A stretch of DNA of 55,070 nt, taken from assembly GCA_016618085.1 (NCBI GenBank), contig JABLTG010000138.1, forward strand, positions 1 to 55,070, written 5' to 3'. Position numbers and translations under genes: made by a program. A model generated the notes under the pieces. The model worked only from the letters and a program-made list of their open reading frames with translations. It had not been told where the DNA came from and ran no database searches. The stretch's first letter is position 1; every line of letters begins with the position of its first letter. This document shows positions 34,154-46,646 of the stretch, one piece after another. The DNA is from Neovahlkampfia damariscottae (lineage: Eukaryota).

Positions 34154-35197
34154 ATGGAAAACACTCTCACACCACAGAATCAACGAACACAGAAAATTTT
34201 GCTTAAAACGCCACAAAACAATTGGAAAAATGTTCTTCAAGATAAAAACATGAAATATGAAGAACACAATATTTCTCATGGAAAATTTGGAGAAGTTCTT
34301 ATTGGAAAAGTTTCTCCTCTTCACTTAACATTTTCATCACCTAATATTGCTTTAAAGACACAGTATATAACAAAACCAAAAGATTTATCAGATACTTCCT
34401 ATAGAGAATTACAAATACTTTTAGAATTAAAAAAACTTATACAAAACCATTCATGTCCTGGGTTCATCACTATTTATGACTGGTTCAAAACAAAAGGAAA
34501 TTTAGATGAAAATGAAGAAGATCATCCATATATGAATTTAGTTCTGGAAAAAGCTGATATCACACTAAAGAAGTTTTTATCAAATCAAAAATATGAAATA
34601 CCACTGGATTTGTACAAGAATATATTATTTCAGTTGTTACATGCATTACATCTTTCACAAGAAATATGTGAATTTGTACATCACGATTTACATTTTGATA
34701 ATATTATGCTAAAATTCTTCAAAAAACCAACAAGAACAGAATTCCATTTCAACAATGAAAAGTATCAATTCCAAACCGATTTTTTAATTAAAATAACTGA
34801 TTTTGGTTTGAGTAGAATCAAAAATATTGATGATTCAAAAATAATTTTCAATCCAAAACTTGGGAAATTTTTTGATCCAAGTATTGATTTGAATCAAATT
34901 GGAAAGGAACTAAAAAAAGTAAAAATCAATTTTCAAGAAAATGAAGTTGAAGATAGGTTAATGTTATCAAATTTAAAAAGAAGAATGAATAGAAATATTG
35001 TTAATACAAAAGAATTATTATCACATTCATTTTTTGATTCGTTGAAATCTCAGTTCAGTCTTAATGCAGAATTTTTAAATTCAGAAGATGAATTTTTGAA
35101 ATTTGGAATAGAATCTGAGAAATTAAGTGTAGTTTTATTTGAAGCACCAAAACACAAAACTATTGTGAAAAGTAGAAAAGATAGAAAAAAAAAATAA
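34154..35197 (+). CDS. Atypical Ser/Thr kinase, haspin-like
   Basis: HGKFGEV, IALK, EFVHHDLHFDNIML, IKITDFGLSRI with a truncated activation segment. Confidence 0.75.
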   Translation: MENTLTPQNQRTQKILLKTPQNNWKNVLQDKNMKYEEHNISHGKFGEVLIGKVSPLHLTFSSPNIALKTQYITKPKDLSDTSYRELQILLELKKLIQNHSCPGFITIYDWFKTKGNLDENEEDHPYMNLVLEKADITLKKFLSNQKYEIPLDLYKNILFQLLHALHLSQEICEFVHHDLHFDNIMLKFFKKPTRTEFHFNNEKYQFQTDFLIKITDFGLSRIKNIDDSKIIFNPKLGKFFDPSIDLNQIGKELKKVKINFQENEVEDRLMLSNLKRRMNRNIVNTKELLSHSFFDSLKSQFSLNAEFLNSEDEFLKFGIESEKLSVVLFEAPKHKTIVKSRKDRKKK

Positions 35198-35202
35198 ATT
35201 TT

Positions 35203-36696
35203 TTATTGATAAGGATTTTTAAAGTCAACAGTCATTGAAACTGAATCACCTGCATAATATAAATAACAAACAGGGAATATGTTAACCCAATGATCAGGTA
35301 TATTTTCATTTGAAATTAAAATTGAATTTTTATAAAATGAAACTTGTTTGTTGTCTCCTTGTTGTTCTATTTACAAAAAATTTAGTAATTATTTTTTACT
35401 GATCCACATTCCTACTTTATCCCCAGCATTGGAATATAAAGTTTTAACACCTTTTACATTATATTTATATCCACTCATTCCATAACTGTAAAATATTAAT
35501 CAAAATTTTGTTGTGTGAATACCCAACAATTCCAGAATAATTTTTTTTTAAATCATCAGATACCCCAATAATTACTCCAGAATGATCCCTGTAATTAATT
35601 TTTTCAATTCTGAATTCAATAAAAATATCTCTTGTGAGAATTGGACCATGACAAACTCCATGAACCCAATCCTGGCCATCCATTCTGGCAATAGTCTTTC
35701 CGTCATTGTCATGAGCAAATGCTGATTTAAATAATAAATGGAAATAAAAATATTACATTTTGGATACAAAGCGTTCAATTTAAAAAAGCTTGAAATTTAA
35801 TTTTTTTTTTTTAGATTTACTTGATTGATCTAGGCTTATATAAAATTGAATTATAATCTTTTGATTTTTTAAATTTATCACAATCATCATCACTAATAAA
35901 TTTAGTTGGTCTAACAAAATTTTCAATTTCATGAACTGTGAATAAACCAAAACGAATATGTTTGATTACATTTTTCAATGGAGCTTCAACACCATCTTCA
36001 ATTTTCTTCTGACTCCAACTTATCAATCCATCAAACAACTCTTTCTCACTGATCACTAAAAACAATTTTTCAATTCAAAATTAACTCTTACCAAGTTCCC
36101 AATCTTTTACAATTTCTTCCAAATCATTTGGTGAAAACAAATAAATTGTTTTTGTTGAAAAAATATCATCAGCTCTAATTTCAATTTCTGTTTTAAGTGT
36201 ATTTTTAATGGATTGATATTTTTTCCAATCCAAAAATAGTTTAACAACAGTTTCAGAATTCAATGAATTTAAAGTTCCTAAATAACCTTCTAAAACACCA
36301 TCAAATCCAAATTTTATACTTTCTTATTTAATAATTATCTTTTTTTTCTCACCTTAATTGTAAAAAATCATATGCTTCTTTTGGTGATACATTAGCTTCT
36401 CCTGTATAAGCATATTGGAGTAATTCTTCAAATAAAAATTCATCTTCATCCAGTAATTCAAGAGATTTTGTTGTTTTTATTAAATTAAATAATTTTTGAC
36501 TTCTTGTTTGTATAATGAATGAATGTGCATAGAAGACTTTTTTGTTTGAGCCTATAATAAAAGTACAATCTAATTCTGAAGTGTCATTATTCATTAAAGA
36601 TTTAAAATCTTCATTTAATTCATCAGAATGATCTATTTGACATTCAGGTAATACTGTAATGTGGAATGGAAAAATACTAGTGGTTGTTCCTGTCAT
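35203..36696 (-). CDS. BTB-BACK protein with SPRY-like C-terminus (multiple introns)
   Basis: DCTFIIG...FYAHSFIIQTRS, LLQYAYTG, ISEKELFDGLISW...HIRF; spliced C-terminus ...FPVCYL. Confidence 0.8.
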
Positions 36697-36980
36697 AGAT
36701 TAAATTTATTTTTTCGAACCCCAAACATAACTATTGAAGGTTATTTTCAAGTTTATTTACTAATTAAATGAGTTTGTTAACCATGACTTGTATTTTTAAT
36801 TGATGTTTTGTGTTACCATTTTTTTGGAAGAAGTTTAATTGGACCAACGTGTTGAACAGTTTTTATTGGAAGTTTGAAGTAAAATTTTTGTGATAAAATA
36901 TTTGCAGAAATGCAACAAAAAAAAAAAAGAATAAAAACTGTACAGTTAAGTTTCATTGGTCTAAACTCAAGACAAAAGTT

Positions 36981-37325
36981 ATGAACAACACGGTTTTGAT
37001 TTTGGTACTATTTTGTTTGGTGAGTGTGATTTACACCCAAAATAATTATTATGTTTATCAAAATTGGAAAGGATTAAGTTGTTCAGGGCAACCTATTAGA
37101 CCACCTTCACGAGGAAAAACAAAATCATGTACGAGAACTGGCTCTGGTTATGAAAGTTCTGCTTGTAATGGAACACATGTTATTTATAGATCACGTTGTG
37201 CTGATACTGGTTGTAGATCATGTGGAAGAGTTGAAATTTCAGAAATTGGAAAATGTTATCCAATACGTCAAATTAATCAATCATCAAAATATTTAAGATG
37301 TGAACAAGCTGAAGAAAGCAAATAA
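36981..37325 (+). CDS. Small secreted Cys-rich protein
   Basis: Signal peptide; 8 Cys in the mature region. Confidence 0.65.
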   Translation: MNNTVLILVLFCLVSVIYTQNNYYVYQNWKGLSCSGQPIRPPSRGKTKSCTRTGSGYESSACNGTHVIYRSRCADTGCRSCGRVEISEIGKCYPIRQINQSSKYLRCEQAEESK

Positions 37326-37559
37326 AAATTTGTATCACTTTATTTGAATAGAAATAACCTTTTCATCAGTGGATATATTTCAACATATGTTTCTTTCAAA
37401 AGAGTTTTTGTTTGTCCCAAAGTTTAGCCATGACATTAAATAGCTCTCAACAATGAGTTATTATTTCTTGTAATTCAAGTTTTTGTGTGATCTCTGGCTT
37501 GTCATTTAATACATTTTTGTGGTTAAAAAAATATTTATTTTTTTTCGAAGTGGAAATTT

Positions 37560-38054
37560 TTACCACCAGAAAACCCAGTATGGTGTAAAACTCAAAAATA
37601 TGAGAGCAACAATTAAAATAAAAAGTTCAACAAGTGGTAAAGAGTCATCAAACTTTTCTTGCAATTTTGATAATTTTACGCTTAATTTTGCATCTTTTGG
37701 ATCAACAGCTTTTATTACAGTTTCAATTCTTTCCTTATTAGCACCAACAACTCTGAAAATTTCTTTTTGATTTAAAATATAAACGAGAGAAGGATATGAA
37801 GCAACATTATATTTTTGAGCTGTTTCTTGTAATTTTTCAGCATCTACTTTTAAAAATAAAACATTTGGATATTGTTTTTTGAATTCTTCAAGCCATGGAG
37901 TAATCACTACATTTTAAAAAAATGTTAAATTTTGTTTTTCCCTACTTTTACAAGGTCCACACCATGTGGTGAAGAAATCAACAACAATAAGTTTGTCTTT
38001 TGTTTCTTTGATTGTTGTTAAAAATTCTTCGTTTGAATTCACTACAGTTGCCAT
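37560..38054 (-). CDS. Thioredoxin with C-terminal transmembrane anchor (1 intron)
   Basis: First exon LIVVDFFTTWCGPCK; hydrophobic C-terminus. Confidence 0.88.
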
Positions 38055-38109
38055 TCTAATTCACCAAAATAAACAACTATCATTGGTGGAAAATAACAAA
38101 CCAATTAAA

Positions 38110-41100
38110 ATGTTTCGTAGTGAAGCGGTTGAGTTTGCAAGTGCAAAACCAAATTTTAGGAAACCACCAAAAGTAATCATTTATGAATTCATATTAAAAA
38201 TTAACCCAAAAAATAGAAAAAAAATCAAGAAATTTTCAACCCTTATGAATTATCCAACGAAGAAATAATGTATCGCTGGTCAGAATTAAGTTTGGGAATT
38301 AAATTTGATGAGTTTCTTAATACAACAAAAGGATATCAAATCCTTTCAAAACGACTTGAAAAAGTCCTTAAACTTGATTATTTGTTGGGTTATTCTGATA
38401 TCAAGGCAGCTTTATCTTTTTTTGAATTCTCAGTCCCATTAGAAGAAACAAAAAAAATAGTTGATAGTATTATTCACAGCTTTTTGGATGATTTTGCAGT
38501 TTACGAAGGTAATGAACTTCTATTCTAAAAAACAAGTTGTTTATGATTTCAAAGATGAAACTCAACAATTAATCAAAAATTTTTGTTCTAAACCAGAAGA
38601 AAATTTACAAAAAATGGAAGATCATTTAAAAAAGATTTCAAATTCTTTTGTTGAAGTTTTACGCTCATTTTATCAACAAAATATAATAAAATCAGGAGAT
38701 ATGAGAGAATTTGTTATCTGGTATTATGGAACAATTAAAAAAAAATCAAGTTTTGGCTTAACCAATTATTACAATTCTTTCAATACAGTTTTAAATAACG
38801 AAGCAGAATGGAAAACGAAAACTAGACATCCAATGAAAGTTGTTTCATCATTATTACAATTTTTGTTAAATTCAATGAGATTACCAATTTACTGGGCAAT
38901 GGATATAGATACTTTTGAACCAAAATTTCAAAGAGATAAATTTCTTTCAAAAATGCATTGGTCACAATTTAATAGTGCAACTTCAGAACTTTCACAAATT
39001 AATTTGAATACTTTAGACCAAAATGAATATATTCCATTTTTCATTAATCTTTATAATTTAATGGTTTTAGATGCAACTATTTCATCAGAAAAAGTTATTT
39101 CAATTAAGAAATCAGATTGTTTAAGAAAATACAAATATATAATCAATGGAATGTCATTTTCTGTTGATGATATTTTAAATGGTATTTTATTGACTGGTAG
39201 TTCATCAACAAATCGTTCAAAGTATGCACGTGAAAAAATACCAAAATCAGATCCAAGAAGTAAATTCGTCATTCCAGATTTACAAAAAAGTTTTTTATTT
39301 GCACTTGCAGATATGACATTATCATCACCAAAAATTATGGTTTTAGATCCAAAAGACTATGAATTTCAAACATTGACTTTAGAAAGAGATTTTTTAAAAA
39401 ATCAAATCAAACGTAGAGATGGTGAATTTATTTTACCTTTTATGTTTTCAAATTTTTCAATTTTATTTAAAAAAGAAAAATTGACTGAAAATAAATCAAT
39501 TGTTGAATTCATTTCAAAAGAATGGAAAGTTTATGATTCAAATAATCAACCAATTCAATTTTTATCAGATGATATGTCTTATCATGCTGTTTTAAATGAA
39601 GAGACAATGGAAAAATTAATGAAGAGCAAAAAATGTAAAAACTGATTGAGTTAACATTCTTTTTAGATATTTTAAAAAATGAAGACGAAAAATATTATGG
39701 TGAATTAAAGAACAGTGTAAAACATGGAAATGGTGAAGTTTATTATCAAAGTGGTGAAAAGTACAAAGGAATGTTTGTGGATGATGTTAGAGAAGGTGAA
39801 GGTGTTTTTGTATGTACAGAATATAAATATTTTGGAAGTTGGAAAAATGATCAAAAAGATGGTTGGGGAGTAATTCATTGTTTGAATTTATTTAATTTTA
39901 TTAGATTATGATATTCTTTGATGGAACAATTTATGAAGGAAACTTCAAAACTAATAAAAAAAATGGTGAAGGTAAATTAGTTCTACCAAATGGAGACACA
40001 ATTTCTGGAAAATGGAAAGATGACGAAATTGAAAATGCAACATATTCAAAAGGAAAAATTAACAATATTTCAAAATTAGCAATTTCTTTGTTCAAAGAAA
40101 AGATGAACTATTTCACTGATGACAGATTAAGTTTTGGTTTAATTAAAAAAAAAGATTTGGTTCCTAAAATGAATGTTCATTTATTAAATCAATCTTTGAT
40201 GTTCATGGAAAGAGATAAATATCATCAATCATCAAAATTTCATTCCCAAAATAGTTTAGATAGAGAATCAATTATTGAAGAGTTATGCAAGAATCAATTG
40301 AAATCACAAATCACTAATTTCGTTGAAACATTTCAATGGTCTTATCAATCAGTTGATAAACCAAGAATTGCCAAACCTCAAGCATTAGATGATTTTTATG
40401 ATTTCTTAAACACATTGTATTATTTCACAGAATTATTCCTTCTTGATAAATTAACAAATCAAGATAAAGGATTTTTAAAGAATTATGTTTTGAAATTGGT
40501 TTATAAACCTTTATTTGAAATTTACAAAAAAATGTATCATCAAAAAGATTTTATGTTCAAATACAAAATATTAAGTTTATCTTCAGTAACTTTTAAAAGT
40601 TTTGGAATTAAAGAAAAACTTGTAAACAAAGAAAAAGGCTTCAAAAAAGCAATTGAAGTTTTAAAGAAAATTTCAGATTATATAAGCGCAACTGAAAAAT
40701 TTGATGCTCTTGTTGAAACCTCTCATGAATTATTATTAGAAATTGAAGAATATTGTCCAACTGCGGAAGTGGGTGCTGACGATTTGTTTCCAATTCATTT
40801 GTACATTTATATCATGGCAAAAATTCCTAATATATACAGTTTATTTAAATTCCTCAATGATTTTTTGGATGATATTATTTTAGACTCTGAAGCTTCTTAC
40901 AGATTTACAAATTTTGAATTAACTTTGGAATTCATTGAAAAACTAGATCCAAATATCAAAGATGAAAATTCTGTTTTAGTTCCTGTTTCTGTATTTGAAG
41001 GAAGATTACAAAATGAAATTAGAAGCATTTTGAAATCAATCATTCCAAACCCATGCTTGTTATGGATTAGTGGTTTGTTGATTGAAATTGGATCTATTGC

Positions 41101-41323
41101 AATGAGAAAAAAGAAAGGTGAAAGAATGTGTCCTTGTTGTTTATCAGATAAAGAAATTGATATTGAAACTTCATTGACTTATGTTGAACCAATATTGGCG
41201 ACCATTGGACTGTCAGTGGTTTTTGAAAATGATCGTTACTTTATTCAATTTGTTAATTTATTCCCTCCTTCATTTTATTTTCAAATGGCTTCATGTTTGG
41301 AATCTGCTTTAGATGATAAATAA
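38110..41323 (+). CDS. DUF547 + MORN repeats + VPS9 (Rab5 GEF) protein (4 introns)
   Basis: FFINLYNLMVL...SVDDILNGIL (DUF547); YYGELKNSVKHGNG MORN repeats at 39667-40050; VGADDLFPI...EASYRFTN (VPS9). Confidence 0.75.
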
Positions 41324-41380
41324 AAATTCATTTTGTTGGTTAAATTATTAACCTTCCAAAGTTTTTTATTGGTCAAAATC

Positions 41381-41847
41381 ATGAAGTTAATTTTTCTTGT
41401 TGTTTGCGTGTTGCTTGGATTGACAGTTTCTCTTGATTGTCAAAGAAGACACCCTCCACGTAAGACTTTTTTTTTTCAAACCTTTTAGTTTTTCCAAGAT
41501 ACTATAAAACAGTTTTAGAACCAAACAGTTACATCTATCAAACAGTACCTGTTAATACAGAATTAACAACAGACGTTGAATGTAAAGGTGGTGCTTGTGA
41601 AGTACTTTATTTCAAAAATCAACAATACTTTCAATTGTGGGCAAGAGGCATCAGATTACAACCAGAATTTTATTTTCAACCTCCAACCAATTTAACTGTA
41701 ACTTGTCAAGTCATCACTGAAGATTTTGATGTACCTTCTTATGAAGGTTCAAGATTTGTATTCTTTGCTGTAAAAAATCCATCTTTAGACGAAAAAGTAA
41801 ATGTTGAATATAATTTAAAGTTTGTTCAATCTAATAAATTAAAATAA
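41381..41847 (+). CDS. Small secreted hypothetical protein (1 intron)
   Basis: MKLIFLVVCVLLGLTVS signal; intron ~41460-41488. Confidence 0.6.
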
Positions 41848-41943
41848 ATCCTCAACGTTAATCTTTTGTTCAAATATTTTTCAGCGGAATAATTTTGATC
41901 CAATCACATTTTTCGTTGAGAAAAAAATCCGTTGGACGAAAAA

Positions 41944-43336
41944 ATGTACAGACCAATTACTCAAGCGATAGCTCCGGCCAATCCTTCCGCATCACCAACC
42001 ACTGTTCCATTTTTACAACCACAAACACCAACTTCAAATAAAAGAACTCAAAGATCATCAGGAACAGCAACACAAAACAGAAAAAAAAAGTACCAAAAAA
42101 AAAAAAAATTCAAGTTTTAAAAAGAAAACCAAAAATTGAAGAATCTACCTTACCACAAGAAATACCTTCTTTAGTACCTGAAAGCCTTGTATTTCAAGAT
42201 TTAGAAAAATTAGAAAAAAAAATTGACGACTTTATTAATCAAAAAAAAATTCAAATGAAACACCTCTTAGCAGAAACAAAAATGGTAAAAATGATATTAT
42301 TATTAATGTGTTTCAAAGTCACGTCATCTTTTGAGAGTTTTCATTTTCAACGAAACATCAAAAGAAGGAGAATGGAATTTGCATTTACAAGGACAGTTAC
42401 TTGATGAAGTAAAATAAAAACAATTTTAAACCACTTTTTGAAGAATGGAAATCCTCAAGAATCAGGAAAACCTTTTACTTCATTCTTATCCAAAGTCTAC
42501 ATTGAATTTGATAAAACAGCTTTTCCAAAGGAATCACCAATTGAAGTAAGATTAAATATTATTTATTAGATAATAGTGGAAACGTTCACAAAACTTCAAA
42601 GATGTTGACGGGTTTTCATTATCAAGAAATAACAAACAAGAAGGTCCACTAAAAATCTTTCTTCACTTAAAACCTGATCCACCTAGATTCTATCCATCCA
42701 AAGAACTTTTAGATGTTTTTGAATTTGATGAAACATCCTACTCATTGAACAGTATTTTACACCGTGTTTGGAATTACATTAAATATCATAAATTACAAGA
42801 TTTCCAAGATAAAAAAATGATTAATTGTGATAGTAAATTAATCAAATTATTTGGAGGTTCAGATAGAATCAACTTTTATGATATTATTTCAAAAATTAAA
42901 GAATACTTAATTCCAGTTGAAGCTATTGAAATTGATTATAACATTATGTTGAATGATAAAAATGAAATATTTTTAGATATTTCAATTGAAATGGTAAGTT
43001 TTTTTTTTTTTTTTTTTATTGTTTTGTTAGGAAGATCCAGTTCAATCTGAAATAACTTCTTTTATTTCTGATGAACCAACTAAAGATATTCAAGAGTTGA
43101 ATACAAATATATTACAAGGAATTCAAAAAATTGGAGAACATAAAAAAAAGAGAGAAATGTTATTGGAGTTTAGTGAGAAACCAGTTGAGTTTATGGATAA
43201 ATTGATATTTTCTCAAACTAGAGATTTAATGATGATTAATAATCATAAAGACAAAGAAAATGCAAGAAATTCAAGTTATTTTGATGCTCCTTGGATTCAA
43301 GAAGCAATGGAAAAATATTTAGAGAGGAAACCATAA
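41944..43336 (+). CDS. SMARCD: SWI/SNF BAF60/SWP73 (SWIB domain) subunit (5 introns)
   Basis: VPES..FQDL..LEKKID, WNYIKYHKLQD..DKKMINCD, REMLLEFSEKPVEF...SQTRDL, PWIQEA. Confidence 0.88.
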
Positions 43337-43393
43337 AAAATAAAAAAAGTTAATTATTTGACGAATCAAATCTTGTTTGGAGCACAAAAAAAA

Positions 43394-44349
43394 ATGAAAG
43401 AGAAATATTTGATAAAAAAGTTGAAAAAGAAACATAGAAGAGGAGTAAGACTTCAAAAGAAAAGAGATGAAGTTTCAATTCTTGTTGAAAATTTAAGTGA
43501 AGAAACAAAAGAAGAAGATTTAAAAAAAATTTTCAAAAATTTAAAATCAACTTTTTTTGTTCCACAAAGAGGAGATAAATCAAAACATATTGGAAAAGTA
43601 AAAAAAAAAAAGTTTTTTTTAATTGTTTAATGAAGGCTTATGTGAGATTTGAAACTGAAGATGACAGAAATGAGTCAATGAAGATGGATGGAAAAAAAGT
43701 TTTGAATTCAAAAATTCAAATTATAAACCCAATGAAAAGAAAAAGAGAAGAAGAAGAAGAACCAGTTGATGATGAGAAAATTTTTTTGAACAAATATAAA
43801 AAAAAGAAAGAGAATTATGAAAAGAGAAAAGCTGAAAAAAAACGTCAACTTGAAGAAGAAGAAAAAGCAAAAAAACAAACTAAAAAACCATCCAAAGTCG
43901 AAAAAGTTGAAAAAAAAGTATCAAAGAAAACAGAAGAAAAACCTACAAAAAAGGAAACAATAAAAGAAAAATCAACAAAGAAAACAGAAACAAAAGTTGA
44001 AAAATCAACCAAAAAAGCAGAAAAAAAAGTTGAAAAAACAGTTGCTGAAATCAAAAATGAAAAATATGCCGCAAAACAAGACAGAAAACAAGGAATTTCT
44101 AAAGATCACATGGTTTATGTTCACAACTTATCACTTTATACAAAAAAGAAAGAATTGAAAGATTTCTTTTCAAAATGTGGTGAAATTGAAAAACTCAATT
44201 TTCCAACACAAGCAGATCAAAAATCAAAAGGATTCGCATTTATTACATTCAAAGATAAACTTGGAGCTCAAAAAGCAATTTTAAAAAATGGTGATTCATT
44301 AAAAAATAGAGATCTTATAATTGAAGAACATCAAGAAAAAGAGAAATAA
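43394..44349 (+). CDS. Two-RRM Lys-rich (likely nucleolar) RNA-binding protein (1 intron)
   Basis: ILVENL..AYVRF and VYVHNL..SKGFAFITF. Confidence 0.8.
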
Positions 44350-44380
44350 ATAGTTATTTTATCCAATCACATTTTTATCA

Positions 44381-45846
44381 ATGTTTGTTCACATTTCACG
44401 TCAAAGGAATTTTTTAAGAAAATATTCAAAAAAAGTACCTGGATTTGTGCTTGGTAAATCAAAAGTATTATAAAAATTATTTAAACAGCTTAGAATTGTT
44501 AATGATGATTTAAAGATGTCGACGGAGTTTTGTGGCATGAAAAAAAATTTCAAATTCCAACAGCAAAAGAATCATTACATTTTTTGAAAGAAAAGAAATT
44601 TCCATTCATAATTTTGACAAATTCAGGTTTTTTAGCTTTAAAAATTTCACATTTTTTTTAGGTGGTTGTTTGGAAGAAGAAAGAGCAAAAGATCTTTCTG
44701 AAATGTTTGATATTGAAATATCACCAAAACAAATAATCCTTTCGCACACTCCAATGAAGAGTTTAGTTGAAAAATATGGAGATTCAAAGGTTTTGATTGT
44801 GGGTTCAAGAAAATCTTCAGAAGTAGCAAAACAATATGGATTTGAAAAATCAATAGGTGTTGAAGGTAATTAATTTTATATTTTAAATTTTAAAGAGTAT
44901 GCTCATCAAAATCCACATTTGTTTCCTAAAAAGGTATACCAAAAAAAATTTGCACAAGACAAAAATGAAGAACCGTTTAAAGCAGTATTAGGTAAAAATT
45001 TTAACCCATTAATATAATATTAGTATTGCATGATCCAGGTATACAGAAATAAAATTCTAATGTTTCCTGAAGGTACCAGCAATCTAAGAAAAATTCAACT
45101 TTTTTAAAGATGACTTTGGACAAGATTTACAAATTACAATTGATGTTTTAAGAAGTAATGGTATTCCAGGACAACATTCAATCACCCAACAAGATGTCAA
45201 TTTATACATGTCAAACCCTGATTTCCTTTATGCTTCAACATTTGCATGGCCAAGATTTGGTATTCGCGTTCATCAAATACTAAAAAATTTAAAGGTCAAG
45301 GGTTATTCAAGTTTTGTTTACAAAAAACTTTTAAAGAAGTTACGAACCATGAATTAAGAATCAATCAATTCGGAAAGTAAGTAAAATGCATTCAATCCTC
45401 ATTTATTTGAAGACCTGAGGTATTTTTAAGCATTTGATTCTAATTATTTGAAGAAAATATCCTATGATTTTGCTCATAAATTATTACATGATCTTGCTAT
45501 GGAAGAATATGGCACTGATATTTCTGAGATTTATGCAATTGGTAAGGATCAACCAGTTTGTTATTTTTCAAATTCATTTAGGTGATAATCCAAAAGCTGA
45601 TATTAGAGGTGCTGTAAATGCAGGTAAAGTTTGTATTTTTTTGACATTGTAATAGGAGGAAAATTTCAAAGTGTTTTAGTGAGGTAATTATTGGTTTAAA
45701 AACTAAATGAAATAGATCCGGGGTGTTTAAAGGAGATAATTGTGATATTGATCCAGGTATGTCACTTTCAATTTTTATTTATTTTTGAAGCCCATCATGT
45801 CGTTGATGTTATAGGAGATTTTGTGTTAAAAAAATTTGACAAATAA
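44381..45846 (+). CDS. HAD-IIA hydrolase, HDHD5/CECR5-like (about 12 introns, micro-exons)
   Basis: Spliced: FVLDVDGVL, LTNSGG, HDPDDFGQDLQ, SNPDFLY, PRFGQG, FGKPE, IGDNPKADIRGA. Confidence 0.88.
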
Positions 45847-46100
45847 AATTTTCAAATCATAGAGAAAAAAATTGTAAATGAACTCAAAGGTACTTCTAAA
45901 CTACAAAATGTAGATTGTTATTTTAGAATTGAAGATGATAAACTAGTTTTCAAGAAAGGTTTGAATAGAATTTCATTGCTTTTCTGATTGATATTTCAAT
46001 GTTCTATTTCACATGAGGCAAATTTCAATTCACGAGTCAATAAGAAATAGATCAATCTGATTGATCCTTTTTTTAGAAGCTTCGAAATACTAACCCAACT

Positions 46101-46630
46101 ATGTCAGAAGAAGAGGATAAACAACAACAAAAGCAACCACTGATTCAAAGTTATCCAGAAGATACAAAAATTGAAGTACCAAAAACACAACAAGTGAACT
46201 CACCTCCACAACTTCAACAAAATTTCCAACAAGGGTATCAATCCCAAGGATATCAACAAAATTTCAACCAAGGATATCAAAATCAACAACCTGGTCATTA
46301 CCAACAAGGATATCAACAACCACAAGGATATTATAGTGGAACTATTTCATCCGGAACCTATCCTCAGTAAGCACTCAAAAAGTATTTAATCTTGTAATTT
46401 TAGATGTCCAAGATGTGGATTCACAGGTCCTCCAGTTGAAAGCTCAGGATTTGAAGCTTGGATGTTGTTACTTATTCTTTTGATTTTCATCCCTGGTGTT
46501 GGTAAGATTTGTTTTATTTTGCCTACTAAAATTGTAAGGATGGCTTTTTATATTTCTAATTATACTCCTTGTGATGTTAACAGCAACCAAAAAAAGAAGT
46601 TGTCAACAATGTGGAAATGGGTTTCCATAA
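46101..46630 (+). CDS. LITAF-like zinc-ribbon membrane protein (2 introns)
   Basis: Q/P/Y-rich N-terminus; CPRC...hydrophobic...CQQCG. Confidence 0.75.
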
Positions 46631-46646
46631 GCCAATTAATAAAACT

